From Octopus sinensis (lineage: Eukaryota): DNA of 34,991 nucleotides. The stretch's first letter is position 1. Each line of letters starts with the position of its first letter. A program made the translations under genes and the position numbers. The notes under the pieces are model-generated. The model did no database searches, had not been told where the DNA came from, and saw only the letters and a list, made by a program, of their open reading frames with translations. Location of the stretch: NCBI RefSeq assembly GCF_006345805.1, contig NW_021836250.1, positions 1 through 34,991 on the forward strand, in the 5' to 3' direction. Below are positions 22,349-34,121 of the stretch, one piece after another.

Positions 22349-22720
22349 ATATTTATTATTTTAATCCTTTTCTCGCTAGATTGTGTGTTCGTTTCTCTTT
22401 TTGCCGTCTGTGATTTTATTTTTGATCTTCTACATAAATGAAGATATTTCCACTGTCTGGCTAGTTTTCTTTGTACAAAATGGCAAGTTACATTGCGGAA
22501 CAGTTATTTTAACTTGTTGCATTTATTTATCCCCCGGCGAGATACATCTGCACCACCGGATGCCCCTGAACCAGCTGTTGAGAGTCCCATCCATGAGGAA
22601 TCGATGGTAGATGTGTCGAAACAATTGTCGAAACTGCTATTAAGTTCTCGTATATTCCATCTTCCATCTTTTATTTGCCATATATATATATATGTATATA
22701 TATGTGTGTGTATATAATAT

Positions 22721-22762
<42 letters not shown>

Positions 22763-22918
22763 TATACATACATGCACACGTCCAGACCACCAGCCCTCTT
22801 TCACATACATTCTCTCTTATACACACACGTACCTTCGTGTTGGTGGGGTCATCTTTACTTTGGTATCTCCACTACGTCTTCCCTCTCATGTGTGACCCTT
22901 CTGACCGAAGTCATTCAC

Positions 22919-23113
22919 CATGATAGATCGTTAGCTACTACACACATTTTTTTCTCTCCTTGTTTCTCTCCTTGTTTTTTCTGTGTCCCTTTCTGTCGAA
23001 GAGCATAGGCTCAAAACGTAAAAGACTTTTTCTATTCCTGAGCATTATACTAATACATCTGTTTGTTTTCTACACCACCTGTCTTCGTCTTTTGTTCTTT
23101 TGTAAACTCTCCC
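22919..23113 (+). mobile_element. ~200-bp short element, PLE-derived candidate (family H2), ending in (TA)n
   Basis: Reverse-complement homologue at 34750-34942. Confidence 0.7.
22989..23024 (+). ncRNA. Minimal hammerhead-like motif, CUGUCGA core (G12A in this copy)
   Basis: CTTT-CTGTCGA-A-GAGC-ATAG-GCTC-AAA-ACGT-A-AAAG. Confidence 0.45.
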
Positions 23114-23484
23114 TATATATATATATATATACACACATATCTTTTAATGTACACAGTATGAAGATATGAGCCAGTTATAGTTTCCTGCTTCACAGACATG
23201 GGACTGGGCAGGTTTTTATGACACACCTTGTGTATCCAAGTAATAGCACGTATCTTTATACTGCATTTTATTTTTGTTGATCTTACCTTAACAAAACACT
23301 AAATCATATGTATATGTATATATACACACACACACACACACACACGCACACACACAATATACATACACACACACATTTAATGTAATCACTGGTTATGACC
23401 AATCAAAAAGTTACACTCATTGTACATAGTTACTGTTAAATTGCTATTATTATTATATAGAAATATTATATTATTATTGAAATA

Positions 23485-25690
23485 CAGGGTGTTCAAAAAG
23501 TCTCCCCGCAGTGAATTTTTTTCATCCTAACTCTCCAAGAGTCAGACTCACCGAGATGTATTTCAAAACATGTGTAGAAGAGTCAATCAACTTATGTATT
23601 GAAAATGAAGGACGACACCTTCATCAAGTTTTTTTAAAGTCTTGTAAACTCAAATAATAATAATAATAATAATAATAATTGTGTACAGTGCTCAGGTGCA
23701 CTACAACTCATCTAAAGTGTATGTATAATCAGGTGTAGTTTCGGCGGATTTCGGAAAGCATGAGGGCCTTAAAGGATGCAGTGTCATGGCAGTCAACAAC
23801 TGACGCAGGCAGTTTATTCCATGCTTCAGCAACTCTGAGTGTGAAGAAATGTTTCCGAAAGTCATGGGAGCTGTGTTGTTTTCTGACTTTGTAGGCATGT
23901 CCACGTGTGTTGGACACATGGAGATCAAAAAGGTGTTCAGTGTTGTTGTTGGTGAGGTGGTTGATAACTTTGTGGGTGTTTACCAAGTCCATCGCCAGAT
24001 GCCGGAGCTTCAGTGAATCCATGCCCAGGGAAACAAGGCGCTCAGAATATGGTAGGTGTCTGATGGAGGGTATGCGTTTGGTTGCACATCTCTGGACAGA
24101 TTCCAGAAGGTCAATGTTCTGAGCAAGATAGGGATTCCAAACTGATGATGCGAATTCCAAGTGTGGTCGTACCATAGCTGTATACAGTTTTAAATAGATG
24201 GCTGGAGAGCGGCTAACAAAAGTCTTGCTGAGTGATGCCAAGACACCCTCGGCCTTCTTGACAATTTTAGAGATATGTTTTGTTCAACACAAATCACTAC
24301 TGACAGTGATGCCTAGGTCACGCTCGCAAGAGGATTTCTTGATATCAGTGTTGTGGAGGGAGTATGTGGACGTAGGGTTTTTTCTCCCAAAATGCATGGT
24401 GGTACACTTGTCCACAGCCAGTTTCAGTTGCCAGTCTGTGATCCATTGCTGCATTGTGTCTAGGTCTGATTGCAGGAAAGAGTTGTAGACATCAGGATCT
24501 GTCCTCTTGATTTCAAGTACAGCTTGATGTCGTCTGCATATTTCAATACTGTGGCATTCTTTAAATTGGCATCTATGTCATTAATGTATGCCACAAACAA
24601 GAGGGGACCAAGGACAGATCCCTGTGGTACACCCGATGACATCTCATATGGTGTAGAATGCTGTCCTAGAACTGTGACTACCTCCTTTCGGCTGAGAATG
24701 AAGGATTTCAACCAGTTAAAAAGGTCATCCCTCACACCCATTGCAGAGAGTTTCACCATAAGCCTTTTGTGTGGCACAGAGTTGAAAGCCTTAGCAAAGT
24801 CAAGGTAGACAACATCCACCCATGAGCCACTGTCAGTGATCTGAGTAATGTCCTCAAGGAACTCGACAAGCTGATCACTGCAGCTGGAGTTAGGGACAAA
24901 TCCATATTGTGAGGGTCGGATGAGACTGTGAGAGCTCCAGAAGTTCCAGAGTGTTTCTCTGACACACGATTCCATCAGTTTTGCAATACAGCTAGTGAGA
25001 CTGACTGGGCGATAGTTGACAGGTGATGTGCGGTCGCCCTTTTTGAACAGAGGAATGACACTGGCAGTTTTCCACTGCTCCGAGTAGTAGCACCATTGTT
25101 GAGACCATAATGGAAGAAAATAGAAAGCTGATGTAAAAGGAAGTACCTGCCACGTTTGAGAAGCAGGTATGTAACTCCATCGAGACCAGGGGAGGCATAG
25201 TTGCGCTTATTTTGAAGGTGACGTCGCAGCATTGCAGGTGTGTAAATTCCATAGTTGTTATGGAATTTGCTGTTAGTGAGGGTGGTGAAGATGGTACATT
25301 TTGACTTCAACAGTGAATATGTTTGCATAGCACTCAGCAATGAGTTCTGCGAATTCCTTGGGGTCGTCAGTGATCTGGTTTGTGTGAGGGTTGCGAAGAG
25401 GGCCCACTGGAGAGTGAGGTCTCTGCTTTCAATGCACATATTTCCAGAAAACCTTGCTGTCAGGATTGGCTGCTATGCACTGTTCAAATTCAAGCACTGC
25501 TTTTTTTGTCACTTGCTTGAGATGGTTGGAAGATTTATTCCGCTTCTTCCTGTTGGTGTCTGATTTATGCAACTTGTATTCCCGTTCAGCAGTCCGACGT
25601 TCCTTATATTCTTTCGTAGTCTTATGCCATATTATGAACATTCATTTTGCTATAAAATACTTACTGCGGAGAGACTTTTTGAACACCCTA
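23485..25690 (+). mobile_element. Tc1/mariner deletion derivative (28-bp TIRs, TA flanks) interrupted by a CR1 LINE
   Basis: Left TIR CAGGGTGTTCAAAAAGTCTCCCCGCAGT (23485-23512) and right TIR 25663-25690 (2 mismatches), with TA at 23483-84 and 25691-92. Residual transposase C-terminus CIENEGRH from 23595. Confidence 0.8.
23653..25645 (-). mobile_element. 5'-truncated CR1-clade LINE, frameshifted ORF2 RT, (ATT)n tail
   Basis: SPGLDG, QYGF, VDVVYLDFAKAF, GVPQGSVLGPLLF, YADD (24529-24540), LY..MVRPHLEFASSVWNPY and TRGH..K...RKHFFTLRV..WNKLP. Tail at 23653-23680. Confidence 0.95.
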
Positions 25691-25879
25691 TATAATCGTC
25701 TCTACAGACCTGCTGGTTTGAGGCCTACTACTTTACTAATAGAAGTAAAAATGGTCTTGGTCAGCTTGCTAAAAATATTCATGAAAAATTGTGTGTGTGT
25801 GTATAATTCTTTTATATTCACTTATTTATAATTGCCATTTTACTTTAAAATCTATTTGAAACATTATTTTTGGGTGGTT

Positions 25880-26021
25880 TTAGTGAGGTCTGGAACAGGT
25901 TAATTATATTTTAGTTAATTTCAATGGAGGCGGGTGGGGGGAAATTGATTTGTAAAACGAGTAAGTCGTAAGATGAGCTCAGTTATGGAATGAATTGAAC
26001 TTGTACTGCAAGGTATCACTG
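25880..26021 (+). mobile_element. Right end of a pogo/Tigger-like DNA transposon (tentative)
   Basis: Ends AACTTGTACTGCAAGGTATCACTG|TA, resembling a Tigger-type TIR with TA. No left TIR was found. Confidence 0.4.
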
Positions 26022-26076
<55 letters not shown>

Positions 26077-26079
<3 letters not shown>

Positions 26080-26276
26080 TCATCATCATCATCGTTTAGC
26101 ATCCGCTTTCCCTGCTAGCATGGGTTGGACGGTTCAACTGGGGTCTGGGAAGCCAGAAGGCTGCACCAGGCCCAGTCTGATCTGGCAATGTTTCCAGATC
26201 AGACTGGGCCTGGTGCAGCCTTCTGGCTTCCCAGACCCCAGTTGAACCGTCCAACCCATACTAGCATGGAAGCGGA
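26077..26276. mobile_element. Fold-back (inverted duplication) of the RTE 3' end
   Basis: Arms 26102-26185 and 26194-26276 with loop CAATGTTT; (ATC)n tail only on the left. Confidence 0.9.
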
Positions 26277-26296
26277 ATATATATATATATATATTT

Positions 26297-26698
26297 GTTC
26301 TGAGTTCAAATTCCGCCGAGGTCGACTTTGGCTTTCATCCTTTCGGGGTTGATAAACAAATGACCAGTTACACACTGGGGTCGATGTAATCGACTTAATT
26401 GCTTTGTCTGTCCTTGTTTGTCCCCTCTATTTTTAGCCCCTTGTGGACAGTAAAGAAATATATATATATATATATTTTTCTTTACTACCCACAAGGGGCT
26501 AAACATAGAGAAGACAAACGATGACAGACAAACGGATTAACTCGATTATATCGACCCCAGTGCGTACTTATATAATCGACCCCGAAAGGATGAAAGGCAA
26601 AGTCGACCTCAGCGGAATTTGAACTCAGAACGTAACTACAGACGAAATACGGCTACATATTTCGCCTGGCGTGCTAACGTTTCTGCCAGCTCGCCGCC
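26297..26698. mobile_element. Tail-to-tail inverted pair of SINE B1 copies (26297-26460 +, 26477-26698 -)
   Basis: Same family in opposite orientations, separated by a short (TA)n. Confidence 0.85.
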
Positions 26699-26884
26699 CT
26701 TATATATATATAGACACACACACACACATCCATTCTATTTTTTTTTCTCAGCCCTGCCCCGCCCTTTCGTTCTGTCAGCTTTTTTCCTGTTAAAAAGTTG
26801 TTTATTTGCTGTTCGCCTGATATCCTGTGACATCCATCGTGTGCAACACGCACCGCGCAAACTGCACTCCCGCCATCGCCATAT

Positions 26885-27160
26885 CACGTCTCTCTCTCTC
26901 CTTCTAACCCCCCCTTTCAATCCACTCTCTCTCTCCTTCTCACCCCTCCCTTTCAACCTTCCTCTCTCTCCTTCTCACCCCACTCTCTCTCTCTCGTTTT
27001 CACCCCTCCCTTTCAACCCACTCTCTCTCTCCTTCTCACCCCTCCCTTTCAACACTCTCTCTCTCTCTCCTTCTAACCCCCCCTTTCAACCCTCTCTGTC
27101 TCTCTCTGTCTGTCTGTCTGTCTCTCTCCTTCTCACCCCTGCCTCTCACCCCTCTCTCTG

Positions 27161-27191
<31 letters not shown>

Positions 27192-27911
27192 GTCTCTCTC
27201 TCTCTCTCTCTCGTTACATGATTAATGACCGATGTCCAAGTCACACTCTCATCTCATGACTCTTCACGCCATTAATATCATTTTTCCTATCCTCGCTTCT
27301 TCATTCATTATATTCTTGTTACTGCTGTTGTCGCTACCACTGCTGCTGCTGCTACCACTGCTACTACCGCTGTTGTTGTTTTTGTTCTTCTAATTATTAT
27401 TATTGTTGTTGTTGTTGTCTTTATTCTCATTGTTCTTGTTCTCATTGTTGCTGTTATTTTTTTGTCCCTCTAGTCATTGATACTGTTGTTGTTGTTGTTG
27501 TTGCTATTCTCATCATTTTCGTTGCTGTTGTTGTTGTTATTGCTTCTGTAGTTTGTCTTTATTCCAATCTTCTAATATTCTATTTACTTATATCACCATC
27601 ACCTTCTTTCCTTCTTCCTTTCATCTACTTTCACTTTCCTTTTTTTCCTTCTCTCCTTTCTTTCTTTCTTTCTTTCTCACTTACCTTCTTTCTTTCTTTC
27701 CTTCCTTCCTTCTTTCTTTTCTTTCTTTCTTTCTTTCTTTCCTTCTTTCTTTATTTCTTTCTTTCCTTCCTTCCTTCCTTCTTTCTTTATTTCTTTCTTT
27801 CCTTCTTTCTTTCCTTCCTTCCTTCTTTCTTTCTTTTTTCTTTCTTTCTTTCCTTCTCTCCTTTCTTTCTTTATTTCTCTCTTACCCTCTTTCTTTCTTT
27901 CCTTCCTTCCT

Positions 27912-27951
<40 letters not shown>

Positions 27952-28027
27952 TCCTTCTTTCCTTCCTTCCTTCTTTCTTTCTTTCCTTCCTTCCTTCTTT
28001 CTTTCTTTCCTTCCTTCTTTCCTTCCT

Positions 28028-28063
<36 letters not shown>

Positions 28064-28135
28064 TATTTCCCTCTTACCCTCTCTCTTTCTTTCCTTCTTT
28101 CTTTCTTTCTTTTTTTCTTTTTTTCTTTCCTTCCT

Positions 28136-28175
<40 letters not shown>

Positions 28176-28176
28176 T
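26885..28176. repeat. CT-rich minisatellite, (GTT)n and (CTTT)n tracts
   Basis: Direct inspection. Confidence 0.9.
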
Positions 28177-28440
28177 GTGTGGGTGTATGTCTCTTTCATA
28201 GTTTATTTATGTTTCCTGTAATATTAATTGTTCCACATGAAAGGAGGCACCTATATCTGCCCAGTCTACTCGGCTGTAAATGTACACCAGCCAGGAAATT
28301 CTGCAGACACCCCGCCCCACCCACTCTCCTTCTGGCCATCACATCTTGCATACTCTGTTCAAGGGTAGGAAAGGGGTGAGAGAGCAAGCGGATGCCTACA
28401 TGTGTCCAGTCCACTTAACCAGCTGGGTAAGGCTAAGGGC

Positions 28441-28686
28441 CAAGGGCAAGAGCAGGGGACAAAAGATTGCCCATAGCTGCTCAGGGTATTCAGCTGTAGA
28501 TGTGTACCACCTCGGTAATGCTGAGGGTCAAGGGCAAGAGCAGGGGACAAGAGATTGCCCATAGCTGCTCAGGCTATTCAGCTGTAGATGTGTACCACCT
28601 GGGTAATGCTGAGGATCAAGGGTGAGAGCAGGGGACAAGAGATTATTCATAGCTGCTCAGGCCATTCAGCTGTAGATGTGTACCAT
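28441..28686. repeat. About three copies of an 88-bp tandem unit
   Basis: CAAGGG..AGAGCAGGGGACAA recurs at 28441, 28529 and 28617. Confidence 0.9.
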
Positions 28687-28767
28687 GCAGGGTGCTGGTC
28701 TAGCCCCTTTTTCCCCTTTTCCCACTTACCCTCTTCTCCCTTCCTCCTTTCAACCCTCCCCTTCTGT

Positions 28768-29112
28768 TAAAGGCGCAGGGCCTGAAATTTTGAGGTAGGG
28801 GACTAGTTGACTGGTCCCAGTGCTTGACTGGTACTTAATTTATCGACCCCGAAAGGATGAAAGGTAAAGTCGACCTCAGTGGAATTTGAACCGTTAAGCA
28901 TTTCGTCCGGCATGCTAACGAGTCTGCCGGTTCGCCACTTTAATAATAATAATAATAATAATAATAATTTATTTCTTTATTGCCCACAAGGGGCTAAACA
29001 CAGAGGGGACAAACAAGGACAGACAAACGGATTAAGTCGATTACATCGACCCCAGTGCATAACTGGTACTTAATTTATCGACCCCGAAAGGATGAAAGGC
29101 AAAGTCGACCTT
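28768..29112 (-). mobile_element. Two SINE B copies (B2 28768-28938; truncated B1 28968-29112)
   Basis: Reverse complement of the SINE B core and tails. Confidence 0.8.
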
Positions 29113-29113
29113 A

Positions 29114-29155
<42 letters not shown>

Positions 29156-29157
<2 letters not shown>

Positions 29158-29743
29158 GCCCTGATGCAGTACCTGATGCAGTATAAATGCCCTGATGCAG
29201 TACCAGGCAGTAGCTCTCATGGCTTCTGATCTTAACTGATTGGAAGTGTTATCATGTACATTGTTTTGTCTTGGTATAAAAGATGGGCTACAGCAAATAT
29301 TCTGTTCAATGCCACAGATTTGCTTGTCAGTTGTTTGACCTTAACCAGTTGAGCATGTCCCTTAGTGGCTGACGATATGTGCATCTCTGATCACGAGCAG
29401 AAGTAGTGGGGGAGCATCATAGCCATGTGTTGAGAGGGATTCTTTGGGGTTTGAATAATTCACCTCTGGAAACATGGGTGGTTCTTTCAACATCCTTAGA
29501 CAACCCTTATTCAGGGACCTTTTGAGCGGGATAGGCTACTCAACCTGAAGAAAATTCTAACTGGGCCCCACCTGCAAGGTCATGTGCTGTTTATCTTGAT
29601 ATGAGATCACCATGTCGCGCACATATGGTTGTGATACATGTGCCTAGTGTTCCCTTATCAGACGGGTAGTCATGATGAGTATATTGGGCTTCGTATATTT
29701 TACCCCAGTGTCACTTTGATGGCATGACCTGCTCTCTCACTCA
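29156..29743 (+). mobile_element. Family X copy 2, flanked by (AAT)n, with partial re-duplication at its left end
   Basis: Reverse complement of 15412-15940. CCTGATGCAGTA occurs three times within 29159-29202. Confidence 0.85.
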
Positions 29744-29761
29744 ATAATAATAATAATAATA

Positions 29762-30030
29762 AAGGGTAAAGACCCCCTTCGGTCATGAATGACCATGGGA
29801 TTGCACCTAGAAAGTTACCCTCCTAGACACAAGTCCGGGCAAGGTTGTTTATGGAAGACCAGCAGTCGCCCATGCATACCAGCCTCCCCTCTCCACGCCA
29901 CCAGTGTTATCCAAGGGAAAGGCAAAGGGGCCGATACAGCTTGGCACCAGTGACGTCGCAACTCATTTCTACAGCTGAGTGAACTGGAGCAACGTAAAAT
30001 AAAGTGCCTTGCTCAAGAACACAACACGCA
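29762..30030 (-). mobile_element. SINE family D-like copy
   Basis: Minus strand GTTCTTGAGCAAGGCACTTTATTTTACGTTGCTCCAGTTCACTCAGCTG core. Confidence 0.6.
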
Positions 30031-30044
30031 CAATAATAATAATA

Positions 30045-30178
30045 GTACTTTCTAGTATAGGTACAAGGCCTAAAATTTAGGAACAGGGTAAGTCGATTAC
30101 ATTGACCCCAGTGCGCAACTGGTACTTTATTTATCGACCCTGGACGGATGAAAAGCAAAATAGACTTCGGTGGCATTA
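30045..30178 (-). mobile_element. Diverged SINE B2 fragment
   Basis: CCCCAGTG...CTGGTACTT...TTTATCGACCC core. Confidence 0.65.
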
Positions 30179-30606
30179 AAAACTTAGACCACAAATCCAC
30201 GTTTGTTATATAAATATGTGTGTGTGTGTGTGCATCACTCTTTCTGTCTCTGTCTCTCTCTCTCTCTATATATATATATATGTGTGTGTATATATGAGGT
30301 GTTTTGTATAAACATTTTCGAGAAGGAAAGAGATAACGAGACGAACAGAGCAAAAGGTCAAGTTCAAACGGTTCTCACTGAAAAGTTCCTATGTTCTTCA
30401 TTATCTGTTGCTCAAACCCGAGAGGAGTTAAAAATCAGGTCGCGACTCGAACGTTTCAAGTACTGACGGGTGGAGCTCCACTCGTCGTCGTAATAGTCAA
30501 TACTGATAACGAGAATTTTGACGGCGGGGTGTGGGTGCAGGTGCAAACCAAGTTTGATAATAAGCGCACCAAAATGCACATACACACACGTGCGCTTGCG
30601 TACAGT

Positions 30607-30607
<1 letters not shown>

Positions 30608-30645
<38 letters not shown>

Positions 30646-30810
30646 ATATATATATTATATATATATATATTATATATATATATATTTTTATATATATATA
30701 TATATTTTTATATATATATTATATAATATATTATATATATATATTGTATGTATGTTATGTACGTACGTTATATATATATATATGTATGTTTGTATGTATG
30801 TATGTATGTT

Positions 30811-30842
<32 letters not shown>

Positions 30843-30864
30843 GTATATATATACTATATATGTA

Positions 30865-30900
<36 letters not shown>

Positions 30901-30944
30901 TATATATATATAATATTATATATATATATATATTATATATATAT
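30608..30944. repeat. (TA)n microsatellite
   Basis: Direct inspection; forms the 5' flank of the RTE. Confidence 0.95.
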
Positions 30945-33900
30945 GCGAGCTTTCTTTTCAGGTACACAAAGCTACTGTCACCGTCCCAGGGTCTCTAGAG
31001 CCCATGCCTCCCACACCCTCAGGGTTGGCACCCTCAACGTTGGCACCCTGAAAGGTAGGTCTGGTGAGATAGTCGAGATGCTGAACGGAGATGTGTGGAT
31101 ATATGTTGCATGCAAGAAATAAGGTGGAGAGGAGGATCAGCTAGGTTCCTCACAGGCAAGGAACGCAGGTACAAGATTTTCTGGGCAGGGAACACTGACG
31201 GGGGTGGTGGCGTGAGTATACTTATCGCTGAGAAATGGGTAGATAAAGTAATTGAGGTAATCAGAGTATGTGACAGATACTTAAGATTAGATTAGTGCTT
31301 CATCATAGTTAGCAACCATTATATCAGCCTATGCTCCTCAGTCGGGGCTACCCGATGGACAGAAAGACCGATTCTATGACACCCTACTGCAGACTACCTC
31401 GTTGACGAACGACAGAGACCTTATCTTTGTGGCTGGTGACTTCAATGGTCACGTTGGACGACATGCTGGGGGCTTCCATGGCGTACATGGAGGCTATGGC
31501 TATGGTTCCCGCAACGAGGAGGGAACCAGGCTGCTGGAGTTCTGCGATGCAAATAATCTTATGATTTGCAACACTAACTTCAGGAAACCTACCAGCCACC
31601 TAGTCACTTACCAATCGGGCCAACATACCAGCCAAATTGACTACATCCTTGCAAGGCAAAGGGAGAGATGGCTGCTTATAAATGCCAAAACCTTCCCAGG
31701 TGAAGAATGTACCCCACAACATAGACTGGTAGTTAGTGACTTTAGGATCAGGACTAGGAGGACAACCAGAAGACGACAAATATGGAGAAGAAGGATCTGG
31801 AAGCTTAAAGATCCTGCAAATGGACAGAGATTTAGGGACATATTATTGAAGCCTCTGATGAAGTAGAAGGGGATAGAGCATCACAGGGGAGAGAAGACAG
31901 CTGGACGTTTCTAAGGGACAACCTGCTGAGAGCCACTGACCAGATCTGTGGCTGGTGCAAAGTCCCCTCTCGACCTAGAATAAACGTGGTGGTGTGGAAC
32001 AATATTGTAGACAGGGCTATTAGAGAAAAGAGACAGGCTTGGAAGGTCTGGAAAAATGGGGGTAGCAGGGAATTGTATCAGACTGCCAAAAGAGAAGCTA
32101 GGAGACAGGTTTATTTAGCCAGAGGGGAAGCAGATAAGAAAAAATTTGCCAATGTTCTGCGCCGTGAGGACCAAAGACTGGAGGTGTTTCGTGTTGCAAG
32201 ACAGTGTGTGAGAGAGAATCGTGATGTGGTAGGAGAGAAGTGTGTTCACATGGAAGATGGTTCACTTGCACTAAATGAGGATGTAAAGAGAGAGGTTTGG
32301 AGATGCCACTATGAAAGGTTGCTGAATGAAGAAAATGAATGGGATAAAGAGAGTCTGCCGAATGTTGACCCAACAGAGGGACCAGCTATCCGAGAGTTGA
32401 TAGTTCCGTGGTAGCTAAGGCAATTAGAAGCATGAAGACAGGGAAAGCCCCAGGCCATCAGGAATCACTGCAGAGATGCTCAAAATGTCTGGTAGTGTCG
32501 GCTATAGCCTAATCACCCGTATAGTTAATCAGGTGATACACAAAGGGGTCATACCCAATGACTGGTGTAGCAGTATAATAGTCAACTGCTACAAAGGTAA
32601 AGGTGATGCCCTAGATACAAATAACTACAGAGGTATCAAGCTGTGGATCAGGTGATGAAGGTTACGGAGAGGGTCATAGCCCAACTAATTAGAGAGAGAG
32701 TTAGTTTAGATGAGATGCAGTTGGGTTTGTGCCAGGGAAAAGTACTACTGATGCTATATTCCTGGTAAGGCAGCTGCAGGAGAAATACCTAGCCAAAGAT
32801 AAGCCCCTGTACCTGGCTTTTGTTGACATGGAGAAAGCCTTCGACAGGGTCCCCCGATCCCTTATCTGGTGGGCAATGAGGAAACTAGGGATAGATGAAT
32901 GGTTAGTGAGAGCTGTGCGGGCCATGTATAGGGACGCTGCTAGTAGGGTGAGGGTTGGAAATGAGTGAGTACGTGAATTAGGTAGAGTAGGGGTCCACCA
33001 AGGCTCAGTACTCAGCCCCCCTCTTTTTATCATAGTCCTCCAGGCAATAACGGAGGAATTCAAGACAGGATTCCCTTGGGAGCTCCTCTATGCTGATGAC
33101 CTTGCCCTAATTGCTGAGTCGCTATCAGAACTGGAGGAGAAGTTTCAGGTGTGGAAACAAGGATTAGAATCGAAGGGCCTCAGAGTCAATCTAGCTAAAA
33201 CCAAAGTCGTAATCAGTAGGAAGGTAGACAAATCACAAACACCTTCAGGTAGATGGCCCTGCTCGATCTGTAGAAAAGGTGTAGGTAGAAACTCTATAAG
33301 ATGCACCAAGTGTAAGCTATGGACACATAAGAGATGCAGCAATGTCAAAGGAAGGCTAACTAGGAAGATGGTTTTTGTATGTGGCAGATGCTCAGGAACA
33401 ATAAACACTGAAAATGCTCTGAGACCAACTTCCGTCACTTTCCAGGGAGAAAAACTAGAAATAGTTGATAGTTTCCGTTACCTAGGTGACCAAGTCAGCA
33501 GCGGGGGGGGGTGTGCTGAAAGTGTAACTGCTAGAGTAAGAATAGCTTGGGCAAAGTTCAGAGAGCTCTTACCTCTGCTGGTGACAAAAGGCCTCTCGCC
33601 ACAGAGTGAAAGGCAGACTGTATGATGCGTGTGTACGAACAGCCATGCTACATGGCAGTGAAACATGGGCCGTGACTGCTGAGGATATGCGTAAGCTCAC
33701 TAGAAATGAAGCCAGTATGCTCCGATGGATGTGTGTAATGCCGTACTCACACTCGCAGAGTGTGTAAGTACCTTGAGAGAAAAGCTGGACCTAAGAAGCA
33801 TCAGTTGTGGTGTGCAAGAGAGACGTTTGCGCTGGTATGGTCATGTGGCGAAGAGTGGATGAAGATAGTTGTGTGAAAAAGTGCCACACCCTAGCGGTTG

Positions 33901-34049
33901 AGGGAACCTGTGGAAGAGGCAGACCCAGGAAAACCTGGGACGAGGTGGTGAAGCACGACCTTCGAACTTTAGGTCTCACTGAGGAAATAACTAGAGACCG
34001 AGACCTCTGGAAGTGTGCTGTGCGCGAGAAGACCCGGCAGGACAAGTGA
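30943..34049 (+). pseudogene. RTE ORF: APE endonuclease + reverse transcriptase + PHD-like finger (frameshifted as assembled)
   Basis: APE motifs GTLNVGTL, MQEIRW, SAYAPQ, AGDFNGHVG and SQIDYIL. RT motifs GKAPG, YRGIKL, FVDMEKAFDRVP, GVHQGSVLSP, LLYADD (33089-33100) and FRYLG. C-terminal GRGRPRKTWDE. Confidence 0.95.
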
Positions 34050-34121
34050 GTCCATAACCCGTGGCCTTCTACATGGGATGGAGCCAGCCTACGTATGCAT
34101 ACCTTCCCTTCTTGGGACACA

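Noticed and set aside
30947-30961. TTTCTTTTCAG|G as a splice acceptor at the RTE 5' end
   Set aside because: It reads in frame as part of the RTE N-terminus, and no upstream exon is evident; RNA-seq would be needed.
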